57,428 nt of DNA from Gemmatimonadaceae bacterium. Lineage in GTDB: Bacteria > Gemmatimonadota > Gemmatimonadetes > Gemmatimonadales > Gemmatimonadaceae. The stretch covers positions 1 through 57,428 of the forward strand of contig JBDSTA010000367.1 in NCBI GenBank assembly GCA_039928475.1. Direction: 5' to 3'. The position numbers and the translations under genes were made by a program. The notes beneath the pieces were generated by a model, which saw only the letters and a list, made by a program, of their open reading frames with translations, searched no databases and had not been told where the DNA came from. Below are positions 25,776 through 34,522 of this stretch, piece after piece (position 1 is the stretch's first letter; each line of letters opens with the position of its first letter).

Positions 25776-27053
25776 ATGACCGCCACGACCCTTCCGTCCA
25801 TCCCGCGCAACCAGGAGCTCCACGCCGGCGAGGCCACCGTCTCGCACGCGCCGCGGGAGCGCCTCCTGTCGCTCGACGTCTTCCGCGGCATGACCGTCGC
25901 CGGCATGCTACTCGTGAACGACCCGGGGAGCTGGGCGCACATCTACGCTCCCCTCGAGCACGCGCCGTGGAACGGCTGGACGCCCACGGACCTGATCTTC
26001 CCGTTCTTCCTGTTCATCGCGGGCATCACCACGCACCTCTCGCTCTCCGCCCGCCGCGCGCGTGGCGATGACGAGCGCGCCATCCGCAACCAGATCATCC
26101 GTCGCGGCTGCCTCATCTTCCTCTTCGGCTCCCTCGTCAACGGCTTCCCGTACTTCGCCTGGGCCGGCGTGCCCGGCGTCCCCGATCCCACGGTCCTCCA
26201 GCGCATCGTCGAGCGGCTGCTCACGTGGCGCATCACCGGCGTGCTCCAGCGCATCGGCATCGCGTACATGGTCGCCGCCCTGCTCACGCAGAAGTCCACC
26301 CTGCGCCAGCAGGTCTACACCATCGCGGGGCTGCTCTTCGGCTACTGGTTCGTGATGACGGTGCTGCCCGTGCCTGGCGAAGGCACCATCGGCGCGCTGC
26401 TGCTCGACCAGCCGCCGCGCACGATGGCCGCGTGGACGGACCGACTCGTCTTCGACTGGTCCCGCTGGGGGCTCGGCAACCATCTCTGGGTGGGCGGCAA
26501 GACATGGGACCCCGAGGGATTCCTCTCCACCGTCCCGGCGATCACCACGGCGATGCTCGGCAACCTGACCGGACGGTGGATCGGCCAGCGCCGTCCGCTC
26601 ACGGAGCGCCTGACGGGAATGTTCGGCGCGGGCGCGATTGCGATGATGGTCGCGCTCATGTGGCACTGGACCTTCCCCATCAACAAGAGCCTCTGGACCA
26701 GCTCGTACGTGCTGTTCACCGCGGGACTCGGCGCCGTGTCCCTCGCGACGGTGATGTGGGTGGTCGATTTCCAGAAGGTGCGCGGCTGGACGAAGTTCTT
26801 CGTCGTCTACGGGCTCAACCCCATCGCGGCGTTCTGTGGATCGGGCATTCTCGCGCGGTGCATCTACTCGATCTTCAAGGTGCCCGGTCCGGAGGGCAAG
26901 CCCATCGCGCTCCAGTCGTGGATTCACCAGACGTTTTTCGTCCCGTGGCTCTCCCCGGAGAACGCGTCGCTGGCGTTCGCGATTACGTTCGTGATGTTCT
27001 GGTACGCGATCCTGTACTGGATGTACAAGAAGAACATCATCCTCAAGGTCTGA
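25776..27053 (+). CDS. Membrane acyltransferase, heparan-alpha-glucosaminide N-acetyltransferase-like (DUF5009/DUF1624-type)
   Basis: N-terminal RLLSLDVFRGMTVAGMLLVNDPGSW is typical of this family. About 10-11 hydrophobic helices. ATG start. Confidence 0.75.
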   Translation: MTATTLPSIPRNQELHAGEATVSHAPRERLLSLDVFRGMTVAGMLLVNDPGSWAHIYAPLEHAPWNGWTPTDLIFPFFLFIAGITTHLSLSARRARGDDERAIRNQIIRRGCLIFLFGSLVNGFPYFAWAGVPGVPDPTVLQRIVERLLTWRITGVLQRIGIAYMVAALLTQKSTLRQQVYTIAGLLFGYWFVMTVLPVPGEGTIGALLLDQPPRTMAAWTDRLVFDWSRWGLGNHLWVGGKTWDPEGFLSTVPAITTAMLGNLTGRWIGQRRPLTERLTGMFGAGAIAMMVALMWHWTFPINKSLWTSSYVLFTAGLGAVSLATVMWVVDFQKVRGWTKFFVVYGLNPIAAFCGSGILARCIYSIFKVPGPEGKPIALQSWIHQTFFVPWLSPENASLAFAITFVMFWYAILYWMYKKNIILKV

Positions 27054-27105
27054 GGCATTGCCTCAGGCCGCGCGGTTCGGAACACGAGTTGCCATCAACC
27101 ACGAC

Positions 27106-28671
27106 ATGAACTCACGAAACCCCTTCCCGCGGCTGTTTCGGGCCGCGGGCACTGTCTTTCTTGCCATCCTCATGGTGGCGCCCATCGGCGACGCCGGCGC
27201 CCAGTCGCGCACGAAGAAGTCCGCCGCGAAGAAGCCCGTCCGCAAGGCAGCCGTCCCGCGCCGCCCCGCCGGTCCGCCGCCCACGGCGTGGACTTCCCCG
27301 CACAGCCTCACGGCACTTCAGAGCGACGTCAGCGGCATGCTCGAGCGCCGCGTGCGCGGGGGCAAGTTCGGCGTCATGATCGTCTACCTCACGCGTGGCG
27401 ACACGCTCTTCGCGCAGAACGCCGGGGAGATGATGCAGCCCGCGTCCACGATGAAGCTGTTCTCCACGGCCGTCGCGCTCGACCGCTTCGGACCCGAGTA
27501 CACCTTCTCCACCGACGTCCTGCGCGACGGCGCCGTGGGTCCCGACGGCACGCTCCAGGGTAATCTGTACCTGCGCGCCGACGGCGATCCGTCGATGTCC
27601 GCGCGCTTCTACAAGGACGCCAACCTTCCGATGACCACCCTCGCGCGCTCCGTCGCCGCGACGGGACTCAAGAAGGTCACCGGCGACCTCGTGTATGACG
27701 CGACGGCCTTCGACGACCGCCGCATCCCCGAAGGCTGGAAGACGACCTACCTCGGCGCCGCGTACGCCGCGCGCGTCTCCGCGCTCTCGCTCAACGAAAA
27801 CCTCGTGTGGGTCGTCGTGAGCCCGGCGGGCAAGGTCGCACAGGTCACGCTCGAACCCGTCACGACCGCGATTCCCGTCCGCAGCAGCGTGCGCCTCGTG
27901 GGCGGAAGCGGCGGGCGCATCTCGGCGCACATGGGCAGCGATGGCGCGATCATCGTGAGCGGCTCGATCGGCTCGTCCAGCGCGCCGCGCAAGTATTCGC
28001 TCGTCGTCGACGACCCAGCGCACTTCACCGCGGGCGCGCTCCACGCGGCGCTCCAGAATGCCGGCGTGATCGTCACCGGGAGCGTCCGCGCAGCGAAGAC
28101 GCCGGCCACCGCGACGAAGGTCGCGGGCTTCTCCTCGCCGCCGCTGTCGCAGATCGTGTCGGAGATGAATCGCGAGAGCATCAACATCGTCGCCGAGCTG
28201 CTTTTCCGTGACGCGGCGCGCGCCGGTGCGCCGAATGGGCAGAGCTCCGCCGAAGTCGGCCTCGCGAACCTGCGCGACTTCATGTCGAAGAAGGTGGGCG
28301 TGGACCCGCAGACCGTACGCGTGTTCGACGGCTCGGGCCTCTCGACGCTCGACTACCTCACACCGCGCGCGATGATCCACCTGCTCAGCTATGCGCACCA
28401 GGGACCGTGGTCGTCGGCATACCACGGCTCGCTGCCCGTTGCCGGCGAGTCGGAGCTGCTGCGGCGCCGCATGCGCGGCACGCCCGCCGAGGGCAACCTG
28501 CACGCGAAAACGGGCACCACGAATACGGTCGTCGCGCTTGGTGGTTACGTCACGGCGAAGGACGGCGAGATCGTCGCGTTCTCCTTCATCTACAACGGGA
28601 ACGATCGCGCGAACGCGAAGGGCACCATGGACGCGATGGGCGCGACGCTCGCGAACTTCGTCCGCGAGTAG
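27106..28671 (+). CDS. dacB: D-alanyl-D-alanine carboxypeptidase/endopeptidase, PBP4 (peptidase S13)
   Basis: Penicillin-binding motifs appear in order: SxxK (PASTMKLF), DGSGLS and KTG (HAKTGTTN). The track TTG start at 27058 was trimmed to the ATG at 27106, giving the signal peptide MNSRNPFPRLFRAAGTVFLAILMVAPIGDAGA. Confidence 0.88.
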   Translation: MNSRNPFPRLFRAAGTVFLAILMVAPIGDAGAQSRTKKSAAKKPVRKAAVPRRPAGPPPTAWTSPHSLTALQSDVSGMLERRVRGGKFGVMIVYLTRGDTLFAQNAGEMMQPASTMKLFSTAVALDRFGPEYTFSTDVLRDGAVGPDGTLQGNLYLRADGDPSMSARFYKDANLPMTTLARSVAATGLKKVTGDLVYDATAFDDRRIPEGWKTTYLGAAYAARVSALSLNENLVWVVVSPAGKVAQVTLEPVTTAIPVRSSVRLVGGSGGRISAHMGSDGAIIVSGSIGSSSAPRKYSLVVDDPAHFTAGALHAALQNAGVIVTGSVRAAKTPATATKVAGFSSPPLSQIVSEMNRESINIVAELLFRDAARAGAPNGQSSAEVGLANLRDFMSKKVGVDPQTVRVFDGSGLSTLDYLTPRAMIHLLSYAHQGPWSSAYHGSLPVAGESELLRRRMRGTPAEGNLHAKTGTTNTVVALGGYVTAKDGEIVAFSFIYNGNDRANAKGTMDAMGATLANFVRE

Positions 28672-28693
28672 CAACCGCGCTGGCCCCACATGC

Positions 28694-28735
28694 AAAAAGT
28701 GCCGGACGACAGCATGCTGTCGTCCGGCACTTTTT
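28694..28735. terminator. Bidirectional rho-independent terminator hairpin; its loop is the pivot of the whole-window palindrome
   Basis: aaaaa-gtgccggacgacag-CATG-ctgtcgtccggcac-ttttt. This is a 14-bp GC-rich stem flanked by an A-tract and a T-tract, 23 nt after the dacB stop on either strand. Confidence 0.8.
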
Positions 28736-28757
28736 GCATGTGGGGCCAGCGCGGTTG

Positions 28758-30323
28758 CTACTCGCGGACGAAGTTCGCGAGCGTCGCGCCCATCGCGTCC
28801 ATGGTGCCCTTCGCGTTCGCGCGATCGTTCCCGTTGTAGATGAAGGAGAACGCGACGATCTCGCCGTCCTTCGCCGTGACGTAACCACCAAGCGCGACGA
28901 CCGTATTCGTGGTGCCCGTTTTCGCGTGCAGGTTGCCCTCGGCGGGCGTGCCGCGCATGCGGCGCCGCAGCAGCTCCGACTCGCCGGCAACGGGCAGCGA
29001 GCCGTGGTATGCCGACGACCACGGTCCCTGGTGCGCATAGCTGAGCAGGTGGATCATCGCGCGCGGTGTGAGGTAGTCGAGCGTCGAGAGGCCCGAGCCG
29101 TCGAACACGCGTACGGTCTGCGGGTCCACGCCCACCTTCTTCGACATGAAGTCGCGCAGGTTCGCGAGGCCGACTTCGGCGGAGCTCTGCCCATTCGGCG
29201 CACCGGCGCGCGCCGCGTCACGGAAAAGCAGCTCGGCGACGATGTTGATGCTCTCGCGATTCATCTCCGACACGATCTGCGACAGCGGCGGCGAGGAGAA
29301 GCCCGCGACCTTCGTCGCGGTGGCCGGCGTCTTCGCTGCGCGGACGCTCCCGGTGACGATCACGCCGGCATTCTGGAGCGCCGCGTGGAGCGCGCCCGCG
29401 GTGAAGTGCGCTGGGTCGTCGACGACGAGCGAATACTTGCGCGGCGCGCTGGACGAGCCGATCGAGCCGCTCACGATGATCGCGCCATCGCTGCCCATGT
29501 GCGCCGAGATGCGCCCGCCGCTTCCGCCCACGAGGCGCACGCTGCTGCGGACGGGAATCGCGGTCGTGACGGGTTCGAGCGTGACCTGTGCGACCTTGCC
29601 CGCCGGGCTCACGACGACCCACACGAGGTTTTCGTTGAGCGAGAGCGCGGAGACGCGCGCGGCGTACGCGGCGCCGAGGTAGGTCGTCTTCCAGCCTTCG
29701 GGGATGCGGCGGTCGTCGAAGGCCGTCGCGTCATACACGAGGTCGCCGGTGACCTTCTTGAGTCCCGTCGCGGCGACGGAGCGCGCGAGGGTGGTCATCG
29801 GAAGGTTGGCGTCCTTGTAGAAGCGCGCGGACATCGACGGATCGCCGTCGGCGCGCAGGTACAGATTACCCTGGAGCGTGCCGTCGGGACCCACGGCGCC
29901 GTCGCGCAGGACGTCGGTGGAGAAGGTGTACTCGGGTCCGAAGCGGTCGAGCGCGACGGCCGTGGAGAACAGCTTCATCGTGGACGCGGGCTGCATCATC
30001 TCCCCGGCGTTCTGCGCGAAGAGCGTGTCGCCACGCGTGAGGTAGACGATCATGACGCCGAACTTGCCCCCGCGCACGCGGCGCTCGAGCATGCCGCTGA
30101 CGTCGCTCTGAAGTGCCGTGAGGCTGTGCGGGGAAGTCCACGCCGTGGGCGGCGGACCGGCGGGGCGGCGCGGGACGGCTGCCTTGCGGACGGGCTTCTT
30201 CGCGGCGGACTTCTTCGTGCGCGACTGGGCGCCGGCGTCGCCGATGGGCGCCACCATGAGGATGGCAAGAAAGACAGTGCCCGCGGCCCGAAACAGCCGC
30301 GGGAAGGGGTTTCGTGAGTTCAT
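28758..30323 (-). CDS. dacB: PBP4 D-Ala-D-Ala carboxypeptidase, mirror copy
   Basis: Exact reverse-complement mirror of 27106..28671 (x -> 57429-x), with an identical protein in the ORF track. Whether it exists physically as a second copy depends on whether the palindrome is real. Confidence 0.85.
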   Translation of the reverse strand: MNSRNPFPRLFRAAGTVFLAILMVAPIGDAGAQSRTKKSAAKKPVRKAAVPRRPAGPPPTAWTSPHSLTALQSDVSGMLERRVRGGKFGVMIVYLTRGDTLFAQNAGEMMQPASTMKLFSTAVALDRFGPEYTFSTDVLRDGAVGPDGTLQGNLYLRADGDPSMSARFYKDANLPMTTLARSVAATGLKKVTGDLVYDATAFDDRRIPEGWKTTYLGAAYAARVSALSLNENLVWVVVSPAGKVAQVTLEPVTTAIPVRSSVRLVGGSGGRISAHMGSDGAIIVSGSIGSSSAPRKYSLVVDDPAHFTAGALHAALQNAGVIVTGSVRAAKTPATATKVAGFSSPPLSQIVSEMNRESINIVAELLFRDAARAGAPNGQSSAEVGLANLRDFMSKKVGVDPQTVRVFDGSGLSTLDYLTPRAMIHLLSYAHQGPWSSAYHGSLPVAGESELLRRRMRGTPAEGNLHAKTGTTNTVVALGGYVTAKDGEIVAFSFIYNGNDRANAKGTMDAMGATLANFVRE

Positions 30324-30375
30324 GTCGTGGTTGATGGCAACTCGTGTTCCGAACCGCGCGGCCTGAGGCAATGCC

Positions 30376-31653
30376 TCAGACCTTGAGGATGATGTTCTTC
30401 TTGTACATCCAGTACAGGATCGCGTACCAGAACATCACGAACGTAATCGCGAACGCCAGCGACGCGTTCTCCGGGGAGAGCCACGGGACGAAAAACGTCT
30501 GGTGAATCCACGACTGGAGCGCGATGGGCTTGCCCTCCGGACCGGGCACCTTGAAGATCGAGTAGATGCACCGCGCGAGAATGCCCGATCCACAGAACGC
30601 CGCGATGGGGTTGAGCCCGTAGACGACGAAGAACTTCGTCCAGCCGCGCACCTTCTGGAAATCGACCACCCACATCACCGTCGCGAGGGACACGGCGCCG
30701 AGTCCCGCGGTGAACAGCACGTACGAGCTGGTCCAGAGGCTCTTGTTGATGGGGAAGGTCCAGTGCCACATGAGCGCGACCATCATCGCAATCGCGCCCG
30801 CGCCGAACATTCCCGTCAGGCGCTCCGTGAGCGGACGGCGCTGGCCGATCCACCGTCCGGTCAGGTTGCCGAGCATCGCCGTGGTGATCGCCGGGACGGT
30901 GGAGAGGAATCCCTCGGGGTCCCATGTCTTGCCGCCCACCCAGAGATGGTTGCCGAGCCCCCAGCGGGACCAGTCGAAGACGAGTCGGTCCGTCCACGCG
31001 GCCATCGTGCGCGGCGGCTGGTCGAGCAGCAGCGCGCCGATGGTGCCTTCGCCAGGCACGGGCAGCACCGTCATCACGAACCAGTAGCCGAAGAGCAGCC
31101 CCGCGATGGTGTAGACCTGCTGGCGCAGGGTGGACTTCTGCGTGAGCAGGGCGGCGACCATGTACGCGATGCCGATGCGCTGGAGCACGCCGGTGATGCG
31201 CCACGTGAGCAGCCGCTCGACGATGCGCTGGAGGACCGTGGGATCGGGGACGCCGGGCACGCCGGCCCAGGCGAAGTACGGGAAGCCGTTGACGAGGGAG
31301 CCGAAGAGGAAGATGAGGCAGCCGCGACGGATGATCTGGTTGCGGATGGCGCGCTCGTCATCGCCACGCGCGCGGCGGGCGGAGAGCGAGAGGTGCGTGG
31401 TGATGCCCGCGATGAACAGGAAGAACGGGAAGATCAGGTCCGTGGGCGTCCAGCCGTTCCACGGCGCGTGCTCGAGGGGAGCGTAGATGTGCGCCCAGCT
31501 CCCCGGGTCGTTCACGAGTAGCATGCCGGCGACGGTCATGCCGCGGAAGACGTCGAGCGACAGGAGGCGCTCCCGCGGCGCGTGCGAGACGGTGGCCTCG
31601 CCGGCGTGGAGCTCCTGGTTGCGCGGGATGGACGGAAGGGTCGTGGCGGTCAT
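30376..31653 (-). CDS. HGSNAT/DUF5009-like membrane acyltransferase, mirror copy
   Basis: Exact mirror of 25776..27053. Same evidence. Confidence 0.72.
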   Translation of the reverse strand: MTATTLPSIPRNQELHAGEATVSHAPRERLLSLDVFRGMTVAGMLLVNDPGSWAHIYAPLEHAPWNGWTPTDLIFPFFLFIAGITTHLSLSARRARGDDERAIRNQIIRRGCLIFLFGSLVNGFPYFAWAGVPGVPDPTVLQRIVERLLTWRITGVLQRIGIAYMVAALLTQKSTLRQQVYTIAGLLFGYWFVMTVLPVPGEGTIGALLLDQPPRTMAAWTDRLVFDWSRWGLGNHLWVGGKTWDPEGFLSTVPAITTAMLGNLTGRWIGQRRPLTERLTGMFGAGAIAMMVALMWHWTFPINKSLWTSSYVLFTAGLGAVSLATVMWVVDFQKVRGWTKFFVVYGLNPIAAFCGSGILARCIYSIFKVPGPEGKPIALQSWIHQTFFVPWLSPENASLAFAITFVMFWYAILYWMYKKNIILKV

Positions 31654-31819
31654 CGTAGCGTACTCGGCATTACGTCACCGCGAGGGAGAGGGAACCTGAT
31701 AACTAGAACCCCGGACGGGCCGTTTGTCGAGGCGTGGCGGCGCGCACTTTCGCCCGGGGGCCGTCGTTCACAGATTGCAGCCATGTGACGTTTGACACCA
31801 TCCCTCGAGGGAGGTTCGA

Positions 31820-32308
31820 ATGCGGCACTCGATCGTGCGCGACGGTATCGTCGCCGGAATCCTTGGAGCGACGGCCGTCGCGGTGTGGTTCCTCGGTGTG
31901 GACATCCTGTACGGGCACGCGCTGGCGACGCCAGCGGCACTCGGCAGGGGGGTGCTGCGATTCTTCGGGCCGCCGGGTACGGAAGGCGACATGATGTTCG
32001 TCATCGTGTATACGATCTTCCACTACGCAGCGTTCATCGGGGCGGGGCTGCTGGTGTCGGTGATCGTGCACTGGGCGCAGACGCAGCCCACGGTGCTGGC
32101 GGGGGCGATGATGCTGTTCGTGGCGTTCGAGATCGGCTTCTACGGGCTGAGCTCCGCGCTGAGCGAGTCACCGTTCCTCGGCGCGCTCGGCTGGGGTGAG
32201 GTGGCGACGGGGAACCTGATCGCGGCGCTGGTGATGGGGACGTACATGTGGCGCACGCATCCGGAGCTGCGGTCGGAGTTGTCGTACGCGCTCAGCGGGG
32301 TGGAGTAG
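31820..32308 (+). CDS. Hypothetical integral membrane protein, mirror copy
   Basis: Exact mirror of 25121..25609. Same evidence. Confidence 0.68.
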   Translation: MRHSIVRDGIVAGILGATAVAVWFLGVDILYGHALATPAALGRGVLRFFGPPGTEGDMMFVIVYTIFHYAAFIGAGLLVSVIVHWAQTQPTVLAGAMMLFVAFEIGFYGLSSALSESPFLGALGWGEVATGNLIAALVMGTYMWRTHPELRSELSYALSGVE

Positions 32309-32626
32309 GCCCGCGGCGCGTTGCGCCGCTCTTTGGCCCGCGGCGCGCTCCGCGCGTCGCTCTTTGGCCCGCGGGCGGCGCTACGCGCCGTCCGCTCTTT
32401 GGCCCGCGGGCGGCGCTGCGCGCCGTCCGCTCTTGAGCCCGCGCGCCGCTACGCGGTGCGCTCTTGAGCAGCTGACCTGGTCCCTCGCCCAAGAGCGCGC
32501 GAAGCGCGCGGGCCAAAGAGCGAGCGCCGAAGGCGCTCGTGGGCGGAAGAGCGCGCGAAGTGCGCGGGCCTAAAGAGCGCGCGAAGCGCGCGGGCCAAAG
32601 AGCGAGCGCCTTCGGCGCCCGCGGGC
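32309..32626. repeat. REP/BIME-like hairpin array, mirror copy
   Basis: Exact mirror of 24803..25120. Confidence 0.9.
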
Positions 32627-33469
32627 TCACGAAACCAGCTGCGCTCCGGACACGCTGTCATCCGCCCCCCGCGCCTGCCAGCGGAAGAACACCACCGAGA
32701 TGATCACGAAGAAGAACAGCCCGCCCGGCACCCACATGATCAGCGCACCAATCAACTGATCCTGCATCGGCGAGATGCCCCAGATGCGCGGCGCGCTCGC
32801 GTATGCCGGATACAGGATGTCGCTCGCGTAGCCGATGCAGATCGCGATGATCGTCATCGGGATCGTCAGCCGGAACAGGTAGAGCATCTGCAGCGGGTAC
32901 GACAGCCGCGGCAGCTCCGGCAGCGGGCTCAATACGGGCCACCACATCAGCGTCGCCGCGACCATGAAGCACAGGTGCTGCACGATGTGGATGTTGTGGT
33001 GCGCCATCGCGATCGCGTACATCGGCGGCAGGTGCCAGATCGCGAGCACCACGCTGAAGATCATGAAGCAGCGCGCCGCACCCGTGACCCAGCGCGCGGC
33101 GGGGCCCACCACCGGCCACGCGAGCGTGGGCCGCAGCATCCACCCCGGCGTGCCCATGATGAGCATCGGCGGCGCGACGAGGGTGAGCAGCAGGTGCTGC
33201 ACCATGTGCGCGCTGAAGAGGTACGTGTCGCTCAGGTCGTGCAGCCACCCGTTGAGCGAGAGGAAGATCAGCAGCAGCGCGGCGAAGAACGTCACGCGCT
33301 GGCCCGTGGTGGGCGTCGCTGTCTCCCGGGGGGCCTGCCGGGCGCGCCAGTGATACAGCGCGCCCAGGAGGACCAGCCCGATCACCGTGCTGGGGTGCAC
33401 GGTGAATTCATTCCAACCGATGCGTGCCGCCGTGTGCAGCAGGAACATCGACGGCAGCGGCAACGGCAT
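32627..33469 (-). CDS. ctaG: Cytochrome c oxidase assembly factor CtaG, mirror copy
   Basis: Exact mirror of 23960..24802. Confidence 0.82.
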   Translation of the reverse strand: MPLPLPSMFLLHTAARIGWNEFTVHPSTVIGLVLLGALYHWRARQAPRETATPTTGQRVTFFAALLLIFLSLNGWLHDLSDTYLFSAHMVQHLLLTLVAPPMLIMGTPGWMLRPTLAWPVVGPAARWVTGAARCFMIFSVVLAIWHLPPMYAIAMAHHNIHIVQHLCFMVAATLMWWPVLSPLPELPRLSYPLQMLYLFRLTIPMTIIAICIGYASDILYPAYASAPRIWGISPMQDQLIGALIMWVPGGLFFFVIISVVFFRWQARGADDSVSGAQLVS

Positions 33470-33825
33470 CACTTCACCAGCGAGAGTTTTCCGAAGAGGA
33501 ACATCAGGCCGACCAGCGTCGTCATCGCGATGATGAGCGGCCCGGTGAACAGGACGCGGAACAGCTTGTGATCGTAGCGCAGGTGCATGTAGAACATCAC
33601 CACGATCGCGAACTTCACCGCCGACATGATGAGCAGCACGGGCACGAACGCGCGCGATGCCACGAAGGCGGGGATGTAGTAGATCCAGACCTCGGCCACG
33701 GTGATGAGCGTGAGGATCACCGCGACCTTCCAGTACGTGGACCAGGTCGGGTGCTCCTTGTCGATGCCCATCGCGGCATGGTCGACGTTGGCGTGATGCG
33801 TGTCGTGCGTCGGGTCGTGAGCCAT
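33469..33825 (-). CDS. ctaF: Cytochrome c oxidase subunit IV, mirror copy
   Basis: Exact mirror of 23604..23960. Confidence 0.72.
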   Translation of the reverse strand: MAHDPTHDTHHANVDHAAMGIDKEHPTWSTYWKVAVILTLITVAEVWIYYIPAFVASRAFVPVLLIMSAVKFAIVVMFYMHLRYDHKLFRVLFTGPLIIAMTTLVGLMFLFGKLSLVK

Positions 33826-33835
33826 TGCGATAGGC

Positions 33836-34522
33836 CTACTTGATCAGGTAGACGAGCGTGAAGATCGCGATCCAGACGACGTCGACGAAGTGCCAGTACA
33901 GCGCGGCCAGGTCGACGTTGAGCGCATCCTTGGGGCCGAGACCGCGACGATAGTCGATCGCGAGCAGGGTGAGCAGCCAGATCACGCCGGCGGTGACGTG
34001 CGCGCCGTGGAAGCCCGTGAGCGTGAAGAACGACGAGCCGAACAGGTTCGTGCGGATCGTGAGGCCCTCGTGCACGAACGAGGTGAACTCGAACGCCTGG
34101 AAGCCGAGGAACGTGGTGCCGAGGAGCGCGGTCATCCACAGCCACAGCTTCGAGGAGCCGAGGATGCGCTCGCCGGTCGTGTGCTTCGGCTGGTCCTTCG
34201 TCTCCACGGCCGCGAGCGCGAGCACCATCGCCAGCGACGACATCAGCAGGACGAAGGTGGACGCGGACGTGACCGGGATGTTCAGGATGGCCTTGAGCGG
34301 CGTCGAGCAGCTCGGCGGGAGGCAGGCCTCGTGCGGGTACGGCCCGACGATGCTGCGTCCCTTGTAGATCAGGTACGTGGAGATGAGCGACACGAAGAGC
34401 ATGCACTCGGAGCCGATGAAGGCCCAGATCGCGATCTTCTTGTTGTCGAGACCCGTGGAGGTCGGCGGATGCCCACCATGCGAGTCGTCGTGTGCACTGT
34501 GCACTGCGGCGGCGTGTGCCAT
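33836..34522 (-). CDS. ctaE: Cytochrome c oxidase subunit III, mirror copy
   Basis: Exact mirror of 22907..23593. Confidence 0.88.
   Translation of the reverse strand: MAHAAAVHSAHDDSHGGHPPTSTGLDNKKIAIWAFIGSECMLFVSLISTYLIYKGRSIVGPYPHEACLPPSCSTPLKAILNIPVTSASTFVLLMSSLAMVLALAAVETKDQPKHTTGERILGSSKLWLWMTALLGTTFLGFQAFEFTSFVHEGLTIRTNLFGSSFFTLTGFHGAHVTAGVIWLLTLLAIDYRRGLGPKDALNVDLAALYWHFVDVVWIAIFTLVYLIK

Larger units (their letters stand above)
1..28714. repeat. Left arm of a window-spanning perfect inverted repeat (palindrome), pivot 28714/28715
   Basis: Every ORF in the six-frame track has a partner of identical length and protein sequence on the other strand at 57429-x (e.g. 84..1283+ vs 56146..57345-; 20915..22906+ vs 34523..36514-). 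The first 19 nt cgctcaaggttgcggcgcg are the reverse complement of the last 19 nt. ORFs crossing the centre (27112..29022- and 28407..30317+) are also identical. Confidence 0.97.

Noticed and set aside
27112-30317. Two identical 636-aa ORFs (27112..29022- and 28407..30317+) that span the palindrome centre.
   Set aside because: They are antisense to dacB and have shadow-ORF composition. Their continuity across the pivot is a by-product of the mirror junction.
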